A stretch of DNA of 64,000 nt, taken from the NCBI GenBank assembly GCA_029881035.1, contig JAOUNI010000005.1, forward strand, positions 6,724-70,723, read 5' to 3'. Of the stretch, positions 43,016 through 53,405 are shown one piece after another (the stretch's first letter is position 1; each line of letters opens with the position of its first letter). A model generated the notes under the pieces. The model was not told the DNA's origin and did no database searches. It saw nothing but the letters and a program-made list of their open reading frames with translations. The position numbers and the translations under genes are program-made. Source of the DNA: Gammaproteobacteria bacterium (GTDB lineage: Bacteria > Pseudomonadota > Gammaproteobacteria > SZUA-229).

Positions 43016-43136
43016 AAGCGTTAGTTTATAGAGGCATGGATCTAATAACATCTAGTTTGATGTAACTTGACCTTTTAGTTGGGTTTTTTGCTATATAGTA
43101 TTGATGAAGGTGATTTAGAAAATCAAATGCGCATAT

Positions 43137-44579
43137 ATGAGTGAACAGAAATTGAATTCAAAAATAGAAGCCGGGCTTGAGCAAAAACAGAAAACAGCGA
43201 TATTACTCGTTGATGATGATCCGTTAATTGTTGAAAGTTTAGGTTATTTATTACGCAAACATTATCAGGTAATGGTTGCTGATTCGAGAGCAAAGGCGAC
43301 TAAATTACTGGTTGAGATGGGAGAGCGACCTGCGATTGCGCTGATAGACCTAGGTTTGCCACCTTATCCACATAAGCCTGACGAGGGCTTTGCTTTAATC
43401 AAGGAACTATTAGCTCAGCCGGGTGATATGAAAATTCTGGTGCTATCTGGCCAGGATAACAATGTTAATATCCAGCATGCACTAGCACTGGGTGCTGTAG
43501 ATTTTGTAGCTAAACCTGCTGACCCTCAATTATTACTGGCACGTTTAGATCATCATTTACGTTTACGTGAAATTGAGCGGCAAAGAGCTGTCCAGAAAGA
43601 TAGTTCCATTATTGGTCAAAGTGCCTGCATGGAAGTGATCAGGCAGCAAATCAAACAATTTGCGGATTCACCATTTCCGTTATTAATACAGGGTGAATCA
43701 GGTACTGGTAAGGAAATGATCGCAAAGGCGGTGCATGAGCAGAGTCAGCGCCGATCCGAACCCTTTATGGCCATTAATTGTGCTGCGATAGCGCCTGATT
43801 TACTCGAAGCGCAATTATTTGGGCATCGTAAGGGCGCATTTACTGGGGCCAGTCAGGAGCATAAGGGCTTTTTTATCGAAGCGGGCCAGGGAACATTGTT
43901 GCTGGATGAAATCGGCGAACTACCGCTTGCCCTGCAGGGTAAGCTGCTGCGAGTCATTGAGAGTGGCGAGTTTTACCGTGTGGGCGAAACTCAGCAATTG
44001 AGCTCGCGTGCACGCATTGTTGCAGCGACAAACAAAGTACTGCGAGATGAAGTAGCAGAGGGTAGTTTCAGAGCTGATCTATACCATCGTTTAAGTATTC
44101 TTAATGTCCATATGCCTGCATTGCGAGAGCGAGAGGGTGATTGTTTTCTTCTACTAGATCATTTTTTATCGACATATTCAGACTCTGTGCTGCCATTTGT
44201 ACTGGATGATGAGGCTAGACTTCTTTGGAGTAGCTATGCTTTTCCTGGCAATGTCCGTGAATTACGAAATATTGTTATTCGTTTGGGTACAAAATATCCA
44301 GGAGGGCGGATTGATCGCGCGTTATTAGAAAATGAATTAGAAACGCAGCTGTCAGCCAGTGAATTGTCAGAGGCGAGCCATGTCTTGAGTGATGAATTTA
44401 TCAAACAACAATTAGTATCAGGTGAATTCTCGCTGGATGATTTATTGGCTGAAGTAGAGAGCCGTTGTATCAGGTTGGCATTGGAAATAAACAATAACAA
44501 AGTAAGTAAGGCGGCGGATGCGTTACAGGTTAATCGAACCACGCTCTATAGCCGGGTTCAGAAGCTTGGGAAGCTTTAG
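43137..44579 (+). CDS. Sigma54-dependent response regulator (NtrC family; PrsR/PilR-like)
   Basis: Receiver with ..IALIDLGLPPYPHKPDEGF... AAA+ GESGTGKE, GAFTGA loop and C-terminal HTH. Confidence 0.9.
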   Translation: MSEQKLNSKIEAGLEQKQKTAILLVDDDPLIVESLGYLLRKHYQVMVADSRAKATKLLVEMGERPAIALIDLGLPPYPHKPDEGFALIKELLAQPGDMKILVLSGQDNNVNIQHALALGAVDFVAKPADPQLLLARLDHHLRLREIERQRAVQKDSSIIGQSACMEVIRQQIKQFADSPFPLLIQGESGTGKEMIAKAVHEQSQRRSEPFMAINCAAIAPDLLEAQLFGHRKGAFTGASQEHKGFFIEAGQGTLLLDEIGELPLALQGKLLRVIESGEFYRVGETQQLSSRARIVAATNKVLRDEVAEGSFRADLYHRLSILNVHMPALREREGDCFLLLDHFLSTYSDSVLPFVLDDEARLLWSSYAFPGNVRELRNIVIRLGTKYPGGRIDRALLENELETQLSASELSEASHVLSDEFIKQQLVSGEFSLDDLLAEVESRCIRLALEINNNKVSKAADALQVNRTTLYSRVQKLGKL

Positions 44580-44581
44580 AC

Positions 44582-45919
44582 ATGTATCAGGCACACTTTG
44601 GTCTAGAACGACCACCCTTCAAAATTACTCCAGACACCAGTCTGTTTTTCGAGGGTAGTCAGCGTGGTGCCGCATTAGATGCTTTAATATACGCTGTTAC
44701 CAGTGGTGAAGGTATTATTAAAGTTGTTGGTGAAGTCGGTAGTGGCAAAACCATGCTGTGCAGAATGCTGGAAGTACGTTTGGCAGGTAAGGTTGATATT
44801 GTTTATATTGCTAACCCGAGTTTATCGCCCGATAATATTTTGCATGTTATTGCTCATGAGCTAGGTCTGGAGGTTAATAGCAGTAGTAGTAAGTTGGATG
44901 CAATGCAGCTGGTGCAGACCTATCTACTAAAGAAGCACGCCGATGATAGACAAGTAGTTCTCTTTGTTGAAGAAGCTCAGAGTATGCCTATTGAAACGCT
45001 GGAAGAAATTCGTTTGCTGAGTAATCTGGAAACTGAGCACAGCAAATTATTGCAAATGGTTTTATTCGGTCAGCCAGAACTGGATGAAAAGCTTTCTCAG
45101 GCGCATATCCGTCAGTTAAAAGAACGGATTACTCATAGTTTCTACCTTGACCCCTTCCCACCCAAAGATACGCTGGAATACCTTAATTTTCGTTTGCGCA
45201 GTGTCGGATATCGTGGGCCGGACGTATTTAATCAGAAAACAGCCAATGCAATCGAAAAATATTCGGGTGGACTAACGCGACGAATTAATATTCTTGCAGA
45301 TAAGGCGTTGATGGCTTCCTTTTCTGAGGGTGGTCATGAAGTCACGATAAAACACGTACGTGCGGGTGCTATTGATAGTGATTTTAAAAAGAAGATAAAT
45401 CTACGTATGTGGTTGATAGTAGCTGTAGTATTAACAGGTCTGGCGTTTGCTATGTGGTTGGGTACGATGATTGGCAAATCTGAAGTACATGATGTGGTAA
45501 CTGAGGCGCCAGTAAATACAGCTATTGAGATGGCTGCCAGCCCACAGGTTGGTGTCGTTAAAGCGTCAGATGCGCTAATGAGAAGTCCATTGGAAACACG
45601 ATTATCTGCAACAGAAAACTGGTTTGCTATGGTGCCGGATAATCACTACAGCATACAATTGTTTATGACCCGGATTGTGGATGCTGAAGGTGTTGATAAC
45701 TTCCTGCGTGAGCATCCCGAAATGCTTGATTTTGAACAAATATACATCTATGAAACAATGATTGGTAACATAGAAAGATATAGTGTGCTTTACGGTGATT
45801 TTGCCACCCGTCGGTCTGCGCAGGCAATGCTTGATGGTTTGCCTGCCGAGCTGAAAGAGAGCCAGCCATTTTTACGACGAGTCAGTGCGGTACGTAAGGA
45901 TTTGTCACATAAAGAATAA
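44582..45919 (+). CDS. ExeA/GspA/MshM-like AAA+ ATPase with TM segment and C-terminal SPOR-like domain
   Basis: Walker A GEVGSGKT, DE box LFVEEAQ, TM at about aa 275-297, and a SPOR-like ..YSIQLF...YSVLYGDFATRRSAQAMLDGLP.. region. Confidence 0.8.
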   Translation: MYQAHFGLERPPFKITPDTSLFFEGSQRGAALDALIYAVTSGEGIIKVVGEVGSGKTMLCRMLEVRLAGKVDIVYIANPSLSPDNILHVIAHELGLEVNSSSSKLDAMQLVQTYLLKKHADDRQVVLFVEEAQSMPIETLEEIRLLSNLETEHSKLLQMVLFGQPELDEKLSQAHIRQLKERITHSFYLDPFPPKDTLEYLNFRLRSVGYRGPDVFNQKTANAIEKYSGGLTRRINILADKALMASFSEGGHEVTIKHVRAGAIDSDFKKKINLRMWLIVAVVLTGLAFAMWLGTMIGKSEVHDVVTEAPVNTAIEMAASPQVGVVKASDALMRSPLETRLSATENWFAMVPDNHYSIQLFMTRIVDAEGVDNFLREHPEMLDFEQIYIYETMIGNIERYSVLYGDFATRRSAQAMLDGLPAELKESQPFLRRVSAVRKDLSHKE

Positions 45920-45965
45920 TTGTTAAGCAAGGTAAATTTAAGGAAAAAGGTCTTAACGAATAAAC

Positions 45966-47588
45966 ATGGGTGAACGAATGATAAAAATAATTAAAAATGG
46001 TTTGGTAGCAGGGCTCCTGTTGCTAATAGCGGCGTGCGGAGCTAGCAATCCTCCTGCACCGTCGCAGGGGCATTTAGGTAATGATATTGCATCGTCCGAT
46101 GTTATTCCGGAGCCAGTGATTGAAGCTCCAATACTGCCGGAACCTGAACAGAGACCAAATCTTGAAACCTATACTGTGGTCGTTAACCAGGTTCCGGTGC
46201 GTGAATTACTATTTTCCATGGCTAGAGATGCTAAATTAAACCTTGATATCGACAGCGATATTCAGGGCAAGGTGACGATGAACGCCATTGACCAGACCTT
46301 GCCACAAATTCTGGAGCGTCTGTCGCAGCAGGCTGCAATTAACTATGTACTGGAAGATGAAACCCTGCACATTCGTGCGGATAAACCGTATTTGCATTTG
46401 TACAGTGTCAATTATCTAAATATGGCACGTTTGAGCAAAGGCAGTGTAGAAGTCTCGACAGAAATTAGTTCAACAGGAACTACAGAAGGTGGCTCTGGTG
46501 GAGGAAACAATTCAAGTTCAACGGTGGAGAATACATCCAATAATGAGTTCTGGAAAACGCTGATAGTAAATTTTGGTGCAATTATTGGCGAACAGATGAA
46601 AGTCGGAGCTACAGAAAACAGTCAGAATATTATTGTTAATCGTGAAACCGGTGTCATCGGTGTGCGAGCCACGTTCAGACAGCATAAACAAATCCAGGAA
46701 TTTCTGGATCGAGTGGTTGGCGGTGCACAGCGTCAGGTAATGATCGAAGCAACGATTGCAGAAGTTAAACTGAGTGATCATTATCAGGCTGGCATCGACT
46801 GGTCAATGATTAGCACAGATGCGCTGGGTAATATTACGGATAGTGTTAGTCAAAATTTGCTGGGTGGTAATTTGGGGGCTGCGCCTTTCTTTCAAATAAC
46901 ATCAAGTGGCAGCACTAGTTCGGGTGATCAGATGAATGCAACATTAAAAGCATTGGAAACATTTGGTGATGTAAAAGTTTTATCCAGCCCCAAAGTAATG
47001 GCACTGAATAATCAAACTGCCATGCTGAAGGTAGTCGATAACGCGGTGTATTTTTCTGTTGAGGTGACACCCGCGATAACTAATGCAACCACTGGAGCAG
47101 TTACTAGTCCTGCCACCATCAGTACCGATATCAATACTGTGCCAATTGGATTCGTTATGACGGTGTTGCCATTTATTGATAGCAATGACGTCGTGACCTT
47201 GAATATACGGCCGACTATTTCAAGAATTGTTGATACGGTAAATGATCCGAACCCAGAGTTAGCAAATGCGGGAGTAACCAGTCCGGTGCCTGTAATACAG
47301 GTACGTGAAATTGAATCAGTACTTAAAGTAAATAATGGTGATACGGCAGTGATTGGTGGTTTGATGCAGGACCAGGTAAACAAAAAACAAAGCGGAATAC
47401 CAATTCTGTCTAGCATACCCTGGCTGGGGGCATTGTTTTCTTATCAGGATGATGAATATGTGAAATCTGAACTGGTGATTTTTATTCGTCCTGTGGTTGT
47501 GCATGATGCAAGTTTAACGGGTGACTTAAAAGAATATCGAAAATACCTAATGGAAGATTTCGATGCCAGTACAGCTAAGTCAAAGTAA
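45966..47588 (+). CDS. Secretin, lipoprotein type (MshL-like)
   Basis: Lipobox LLLIAACG. Secretin core ..VLSSPKVMALNNQTA.. and ..IPILSSIPWLGALF... Confidence 0.9.
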   Translation: MGERMIKIIKNGLVAGLLLLIAACGASNPPAPSQGHLGNDIASSDVIPEPVIEAPILPEPEQRPNLETYTVVVNQVPVRELLFSMARDAKLNLDIDSDIQGKVTMNAIDQTLPQILERLSQQAAINYVLEDETLHIRADKPYLHLYSVNYLNMARLSKGSVEVSTEISSTGTTEGGSGGGNNSSSTVENTSNNEFWKTLIVNFGAIIGEQMKVGATENSQNIIVNRETGVIGVRATFRQHKQIQEFLDRVVGGAQRQVMIEATIAEVKLSDHYQAGIDWSMISTDALGNITDSVSQNLLGGNLGAAPFFQITSSGSTSSGDQMNATLKALETFGDVKVLSSPKVMALNNQTAMLKVVDNAVYFSVEVTPAITNATTGAVTSPATISTDINTVPIGFVMTVLPFIDSNDVVTLNIRPTISRIVDTVNDPNPELANAGVTSPVPVIQVREIESVLKVNNGDTAVIGGLMQDQVNKKQSGIPILSSIPWLGALFSYQDDEYVKSELVIFIRPVVVHDASLTGDLKEYRKYLMEDFDASTAKSK

Positions 47589-47600
47589 TTTGAGGTTGTT

Positions 47601-48878
47601 ATGAGCCTGTTACTGGATGCATTAAAAAAGGCAGAGCGAGATAAGCAGAAAGCACGCGAGGCTGAAGAGAGCGCCGTAGAAAGCGACGCTAACCAGTTGA
47701 AAGAACAGGAAGTGATTTTAGATAATCAAGAACAACCTGAGCCTGCTCAGGTTGAGGATATAGGTGAGGAGTTAGAGCTGGTTCTGGATGAGCCTTCTGT
47801 AGAACAGATTGCTATCGAAGAACCTGTACAGGAAGAAGTAAATATTGAAGTTGCTGCACCGCCATCGTCTCCACCGTTGGAACTAGAGAAGAGTGCAGCA
47901 ACCACCACCACAGTTTCCGATGAAGCATTGCAGCTCCTGGTTTATAAAACAAATAAAAGATACCGCCAAAGACAAAAAATAATTTGGGGCAGTTTGTTAT
48001 CTGCCGCTATTGTTATTTTGTTAGTGGCGGGCACTTTTTATTATTATGGAGTACTCGAAGAAATAGAATCGCTGGAAAGAAAACATAAATTATCAATGCA
48101 AGCTGTTCACGCAGAGCCGATAAAGCAACATCAAATAACTGCGCCTGCCGAAGCGGTAGTTAGTGTAAAGGAAATTCAATCAACACAAAATAAATCACCG
48201 TCAAAGCAACTAATAGCAGAAAAACGCCACGTAAATAAAGAAAGACCTTCTGTAGGAGCGGGCAAAAATAAAAGTGATTTTTCAGTCAGGCAAACGACAA
48301 CGAAAGATCCAATAAACGCATTATTAAAAGAAGCATGGCTGGCGTATAACAAAAAAAATTATATTCTGGCTAACGAGCGTTATGAAAGTGTGCTTAGTCG
48401 GGAGCCCAGAAATCGTGATGCTCTTCTGGGTATGGCAGCGATCGCAATTAAAACGGCTAATTATAAAAAGGCGAAAGCTAGTTATAGACTATTGCTTAAG
48501 CTTGATCCACGCGATCAGGTAGCTATGGCAGCGATGTCAAATATTGATGAGCTATCATCGAGTGCTGAGGATGAAAGTAAACTTAAATTTATGTTGCAAC
48601 AGCAACCCACTGCTACTCACCTGAATTTTGCCCTGGGAAATTATTATGCAAAACAAGGTAAGTGGCCAGAAGCGCAGGCAGAGTATTTTAAAGCATGGCA
48701 GGGAAATAGTGAAAATGCAGATTATGTCTACAATCTTGCAGTGAGTTTGGATCAGTTGGGCAAGAAAAATGAGGCGCTACGGTTTTACAAGGAAAGTTTG
48801 TTATTTAGTAGCGAACAAAATGTTGGTTTTTCAGTATCAGACGTTGAAAAACGTATTGAAACAATTTCAGTTAAGTAG
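47601..48878 (+). CDS. GspB/ExeB-like N-terminus, TM and C-terminal TPR protein (MshN-like)
   Basis: MSLLLDALKKAERDKQ N-terminus, acidic linker, TM at about aa 130-150, and TPR repeats at the C-terminus. Confidence 0.7.
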   Translation: MSLLLDALKKAERDKQKAREAEESAVESDANQLKEQEVILDNQEQPEPAQVEDIGEELELVLDEPSVEQIAIEEPVQEEVNIEVAAPPSSPPLELEKSAATTTTVSDEALQLLVYKTNKRYRQRQKIIWGSLLSAAIVILLVAGTFYYYGVLEEIESLERKHKLSMQAVHAEPIKQHQITAPAEAVVSVKEIQSTQNKSPSKQLIAEKRHVNKERPSVGAGKNKSDFSVRQTTTKDPINALLKEAWLAYNKKNYILANERYESVLSREPRNRDALLGMAAIAIKTANYKKAKASYRLLLKLDPRDQVAMAAMSNIDELSSSAEDESKLKFMLQQQPTATHLNFALGNYYAKQGKWPEAQAEYFKAWQGNSENADYVYNLAVSLDQLGKKNEALRFYKESLLFSSEQNVGFSVSDVEKRIETISVK

Positions 48879-48884
48879 ATATTT

Positions 48885-50594
48885 ATGGATTCGCTAGATA
48901 ATAATCAAAAACCAAAAAAACTTTTTGGCGAGCGACTGGTTGAAAAAGGCCTTGCTACCGTCGACCAGATAGAGATTGCATTAACAGAGCAAAAGAAAAA
49001 CGGTCGTCTGATAGGCGAAATCCTGGTTTCACTAGGTTTTGTCTCAGAATCTGTCATGAGGGATGTGCTAGGACAGGTTTTAGGTATAAGTAGTATCGAT
49101 CTCAAAACTGTAGTGCCTGATTCATTAGCACTTGAGCTAGTGCCAAAAGAAATTGCCGAGAGGCATGTAGTTGTCCCTATTAGTTATAACCCGGAGACAT
49201 ACCACCTAAGATTGGCGATGAAAAATGCATCTGATCTTCAGGTGCTTGATAGAGTGCATGCTTTAGTTGGTCGCAAGATTGAAATTACACCTTTTGTATC
49301 GGGTGAAGGTGAAATTAAGAAAGCAATTGATCAATTTTACGGTTATGAGCTTTCGGTAGACGGCATTCTGCATGAAATAGAGACAGGTGAAATTGATTAT
49401 AAAAGTCTTGATGCAGTTGAAGATGAATATAGTCAGCCACTGATCAGATTGGTAGATGCGATTCTGGCAGACGCTGTGAAACGTGATTCTTCGGATATAC
49501 ATTTTGAACCTGAAGAAGGCTTTTTGAGATTGCGATATCGTATAGACGGTGTATTAAGGCAGATTCGAAGCCTCCACAAAGATTATTGGTCGGCTATTGT
49601 TGTACGACTTAAAGTTATGTCCGGAATGAATATTGCGGAAACACGGATTCCACAGGATGGACGTTTGAGTTTGCAGGTACAAGGGCATCGTGTTGACTTT
49701 CGCGTTTCGGCACAGCCAACAACACATGGTGAGAATATTGTTCTTCGTGTTCTGGATCGCGCAAAAGGTATTGTGCCACTTGAAAATTTAGGCTTGCATG
49801 AAGATACATTGAATACATTAAAGATGATGATGGCACGGCCAGAAGGAATTATTCTGGTAACCGGTCCAACAGGTAGTGGCAAGACTACAACACTTTATTC
49901 GATGTTAAATTATGTCAAATCCGAAGAGGTCAATATCATGACACTGGAAGATCCAGTGGAATATCCGGTTGATATGATTCGTCAGACATCAATAAACGAA
50001 GTAGCTAGAATGGATTTTGCAAACGGTATTCGATCAATGATGCGTCAGGATCCCGATATTATTCTGGTGGGCGAGGTACGAGATGAAGACACAGCAGAAA
50101 TGGCGTTCAGAGCAGCTATGACCGGTCATCAGGTGTTGACTACGTTACATACTAATTCAGCGATTGGTGCCATACCAAGATTGCTCGATATAGGCGTACT
50201 GCCCGATATTATGACAGGAAATATCATCGGCATAATCAGTCAGCGTTTAATCCGTCTGCTGTGCAAGCATTGCAAAAAAGAAACATGGTCCGATGTCATA
50301 GATAGCAAGTTATTGAAAGTGAATGAGCCAGTAAAGATATACGAGCCTGCTGGATGTGAGCATTGTGAAAATACTGGCTACAAGGGACGTATTTCAGTTA
50401 TGGAAGCATTAACAATTGAAGCTGAGCTGGATGAGTTGATTGCAAAAAGAGCAACACTGGGTGAATTGAAGGAATGTGCGCGCCAATCGGGCTATAAAAC
50501 ACTAGCTGATGATGCCATAAGAGTAGTTAGAGCAGGGTTGACTTCGTTGCCAGAAGTAGCGCGTGTGATCGATATGACACAGCGACTTAAATAA
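48885..50594 (+). CDS. GspE/PilB-family assembly ATPase with MshEN-type N-terminal domain
   Basis: Walker A GPTGSGKTT, Asp/His boxes and a tetracysteine CKHC..CEHC. The N-terminus carries tandem 24-residue MshEN-like motifs. Confidence 0.92.
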   Translation: MDSLDNNQKPKKLFGERLVEKGLATVDQIEIALTEQKKNGRLIGEILVSLGFVSESVMRDVLGQVLGISSIDLKTVVPDSLALELVPKEIAERHVVVPISYNPETYHLRLAMKNASDLQVLDRVHALVGRKIEITPFVSGEGEIKKAIDQFYGYELSVDGILHEIETGEIDYKSLDAVEDEYSQPLIRLVDAILADAVKRDSSDIHFEPEEGFLRLRYRIDGVLRQIRSLHKDYWSAIVVRLKVMSGMNIAETRIPQDGRLSLQVQGHRVDFRVSAQPTTHGENIVLRVLDRAKGIVPLENLGLHEDTLNTLKMMMARPEGIILVTGPTGSGKTTTLYSMLNYVKSEEVNIMTLEDPVEYPVDMIRQTSINEVARMDFANGIRSMMRQDPDIILVGEVRDEDTAEMAFRAAMTGHQVLTTLHTNSAIGAIPRLLDIGVLPDIMTGNIIGIISQRLIRLLCKHCKKETWSDVIDSKLLKVNEPVKIYEPAGCEHCENTGYKGRISVMEALTIEAELDELIAKRATLGELKECARQSGYKTLADDAIRVVRAGLTSLPEVARVIDMTQRLK

Positions 50595-50595
50595 A

Positions 50596-51804
50596 ATGCC
50601 AGATTATAAATTCAAAACAATCGATGAGATGGGAAAAGTGCGAGGCGACACCATGGTTGCCAGTAATCCCATGGAATTGGAAAAGCGGTTGAAGAGTATG
50701 GGCTTCGATTTGCTGAGTTTTGATGAACAGGCTAAAGCATCTGGATCGCTATTTAGCAGAAAGAGTATTACGAGAAGAGAGTTAATTAATTTTACCTTTC
50801 ATATTGAACAGTTATTAAAAGCAGGTGTGCCACTGCTTGATTGTTTGCGGGATATACGAGATAGCTTAGATTATAGTCATTTTACTGATGTGCTACAGAC
50901 GATTATTGACGACATCGAAGGTGGCAAAACTATGTCGCTGGCGCTGGCTGAACATAAACATATTTTTGATGATGTTTATGTCACGCTGGTCCGTGTTGGT
51001 GAGGAAACAGGACTATTAGCAAAAGTACTAAGAGAAATGGCGGAGACGTTGCGCTGGCAGGATGAGCTGGCAGCGCATAGTAGAAAAATTATGATATACC
51101 CTGGTATTGTTACTGTGGTTGTGTTGAGTGTTGTGAGCTTTTTGATGATTTATTTGATGCCACAACTATTGCCTTTTATAAAGAATATGGGCACAGAAAT
51201 ACCAACGCATACAAAAGTATTAATCGCGGTGTCGTCAGCATTTGTAAATTACTGGTACATTATGCTGTTAACTCCATTTGCATTATATGGTGCAATTAAA
51301 TTACTGGTAATCAGTAACCCGAACATTCAGTATCATATTGATCGGATAAAGTTGAAGTTATGGTTGTTTGGGCCGCTGATGATGAAAATTAAACTGGCAC
51401 GGTTCGCTAATTATTTTGCAATGATGTATAGCTCGGGAATTACTGTGTTGAATGCTCTAAAGATTTCAGAAGGTATAATGAATAATATGATGCTCGAAGA
51501 TTCGATTAGAACAGCAAGGACACGCATTTCTGAAGGAATGCAGATTAGTGAAAGTTTTGAAGCGACAGGTGTGTTCCCATCAATGATCGTTCGTATGATA
51601 AAAATAGGTGAAGACACAGGCGCGATGGATGATGCTTTGCTTAACGTGAGTTATTTTTATAACCGTGAAGTTAGAGAATCAATTGATAAAATTGAACCGG
51701 CAATGATGCCTGTGCTCACGGTATTGCTAGGCGGAATAATGATGTGGATTATGTTGTCCGTATTGGGGCCAGTTTACGATGCGGTTGCCAACATAAAAAT
51801 TTAA
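50596..51804 (+). CDS. GspF/PilC-family inner-membrane platform protein
   Basis: 402 aa with duplicated GspF domain architecture and 3 TM segments. Translationally adjacent to the ATPase gene. Confidence 0.9.
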   Translation: MPDYKFKTIDEMGKVRGDTMVASNPMELEKRLKSMGFDLLSFDEQAKASGSLFSRKSITRRELINFTFHIEQLLKAGVPLLDCLRDIRDSLDYSHFTDVLQTIIDDIEGGKTMSLALAEHKHIFDDVYVTLVRVGEETGLLAKVLREMAETLRWQDELAAHSRKIMIYPGIVTVVVLSVVSFLMIYLMPQLLPFIKNMGTEIPTHTKVLIAVSSAFVNYWYIMLLTPFALYGAIKLLVISNPNIQYHIDRIKLKLWLFGPLMMKIKLARFANYFAMMYSSGITVLNALKISEGIMNNMMLEDSIRTARTRISEGMQISESFEATGVFPSMIVRMIKIGEDTGAMDDALLNVSYFYNREVRESIDKIEPAMMPVLTVLLGGIMMWIMLSVLGPVYDAVANIKI

Positions 51805-51824
51805 GCTGAGGATGATTAAAAACA

Positions 51825-53405
51825 GTGAATAGAGTTTTTTATTTTTCAGGGCATCGTCTAACGGTTTTTCACTGGGACCTTAAGAAGTTTCATGGTGCAT
51901 GCTCCTTTGAGCCGGATTTGGAAGGATTAAACAAGTTCAAACAATATTTGAATACTTCCGCAAAATTGCCAGCTAGATTATTAGTTGATGTCATTGAAGA
52001 AGACTTCAGAATAGAAATGGCTCCCCATGTTTATGGCAAGGATAAGAAGGCAGTCATAGATCGATTACTTGATCGCTATTATAGGCCCAGCGGGCTATAT
52101 GTGTATGCGGAAGTAATAGGGCGAGATAAAACAGGACGTCGAGATGACAAAGTATTGATAGGTGGGATTACAAATCCACGCATGATTGATGTCTGGAAGG
52201 ATGCAATTGAAGAATGTCAAATACCTTTAATTGGCATATGGACCTTACCATTAATTAGTAAAGGTTTGCTTCCGCTAATTAGTGAGAAGCGTAGTGCAGT
52301 ATTACTGGTTAGTCAGCAGGTGAATAGTAATTTACGACAAACATTTTTCCGAGATGGGAAGATGTTATCCAGTAGACAATCTGTTATTAATCAGGATGAA
52401 AAAGATATTAGCAATGTAGGTAAGTATGCTGCACCTGAAGTTGAAAGGACAGTTGCTTTTTTACGTAATCAGAGGTTGATTAATGCTAACGAAGTTGTAC
52501 ATATACATATACTTGGTTCTGAAGAACAGATTAGATCGTTAGAAAGTGAATTCAAGACAGATGCATTAAATGATATAAACATACATAAAATATCTGATGT
52601 GCAATCTAGAGCTGGAATAGAAGGATTATCAGGTAAATTTTCAGATGGTTTAATTACCTGGTTATGTACAAAGCAGATTGCATTACAGTCGCATTATGGC
52701 GAGGCAAAAGAATACGGCCAGTATTATTACATGCTGGCATCAAAGGGGTTAAAAGCAGCCAGTATTCTTCTTGCCTTATCATCACTATTAATAACAGAAT
52801 CTAATGTATCAAGTATGATAGAACATGAACGTTCAATGGAATTGTTGGGCGAACAAGCTTCAGAGTATCAGCAGACATATAAAAAACGATTTGAAGAATA
52901 CGAGCCCGTTTTCGCGAATGCGCGATCAATGAATGCAGCAGTAGACTTGGCAGATCGAGTAGCTAAACATAGTAAGACATCACCGCTCGATTTTATGATT
53001 GAGTTGAGTGGTGTGTTGTCCCAGCAGGGGTTAGCAGTTGATCACATAGATAAGATTGAATGGAAGGCGGAACAATATACAGGCATGGATGGTGTTCCAG
53101 ATGTTATTAAAGAAAGCATTGATGTGACAATCGAAGACCCAATACGACATGTTGGTATTGTTCACGGACGTATTGCTATTTCAGATAAGAATTATCGAGG
53201 TTCCGTTTCTCAGGTCAATAGAATTATTGCTGCCCTACTTCAGCATGAGAGAGTGGAGAATGTGGAAGCGATTGAAATGCCAGTTGAAGTCCGATCAGAG
53301 AAAGTTTTCAATGATGAAAGCGGGTTAAGTACAAAAGTGCTGACAAGGGAAGAAGAGGGTAAATTTGCTCTGAAAGTGACAATGAAGGAGGTGGAAAATG
53401 AATAA
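51825..53405 (+). CDS. Bitopic assembly protein, GspL/MshI(PilM-PilN)-like by architecture only
   Basis: 526 aa: ~300-aa cytoplasmic part, a single TM (..AASILLALSSLLI..) and a ~200-aa periplasmic part. Assigned by position after the platform gene. No motif recognised. Confidence 0.5.
   Translation: MNRVFYFSGHRLTVFHWDLKKFHGACSFEPDLEGLNKFKQYLNTSAKLPARLLVDVIEEDFRIEMAPHVYGKDKKAVIDRLLDRYYRPSGLYVYAEVIGRDKTGRRDDKVLIGGITNPRMIDVWKDAIEECQIPLIGIWTLPLISKGLLPLISEKRSAVLLVSQQVNSNLRQTFFRDGKMLSSRQSVINQDEKDISNVGKYAAPEVERTVAFLRNQRLINANEVVHIHILGSEEQIRSLESEFKTDALNDINIHKISDVQSRAGIEGLSGKFSDGLITWLCTKQIALQSHYGEAKEYGQYYYMLASKGLKAASILLALSSLLITESNVSSMIEHERSMELLGEQASEYQQTYKKRFEEYEPVFANARSMNAAVDLADRVAKHSKTSPLDFMIELSGVLSQQGLAVDHIDKIEWKAEQYTGMDGVPDVIKESIDVTIEDPIRHVGIVHGRIAISDKNYRGSVSQVNRIIAALLQHERVENVEAIEMPVEVRSEKVFNDESGLSTKVLTREEEGKFALKVTMKEVENE

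Noticed and set aside
43052-43136. Sigma54 promoter upstream of the regulator and pilus operon (ttgggttttttgct)
   Set aside because: The GG and GC elements are only ~7 nt apart instead of 10, so it does not fit the -24/-12 geometry. A weak sigma70-like TTGACC..TATATA with an overlong spacer is all I can see there.
47640-47900. Repetitive-looking acidic stretch as a tandem DNA repeat or CRISPR-like array
   Set aside because: It is in-frame coding sequence for the E/Q/V/P-rich linker of the GspB-TPR protein. It has no regular repeat-spacer periodicity.
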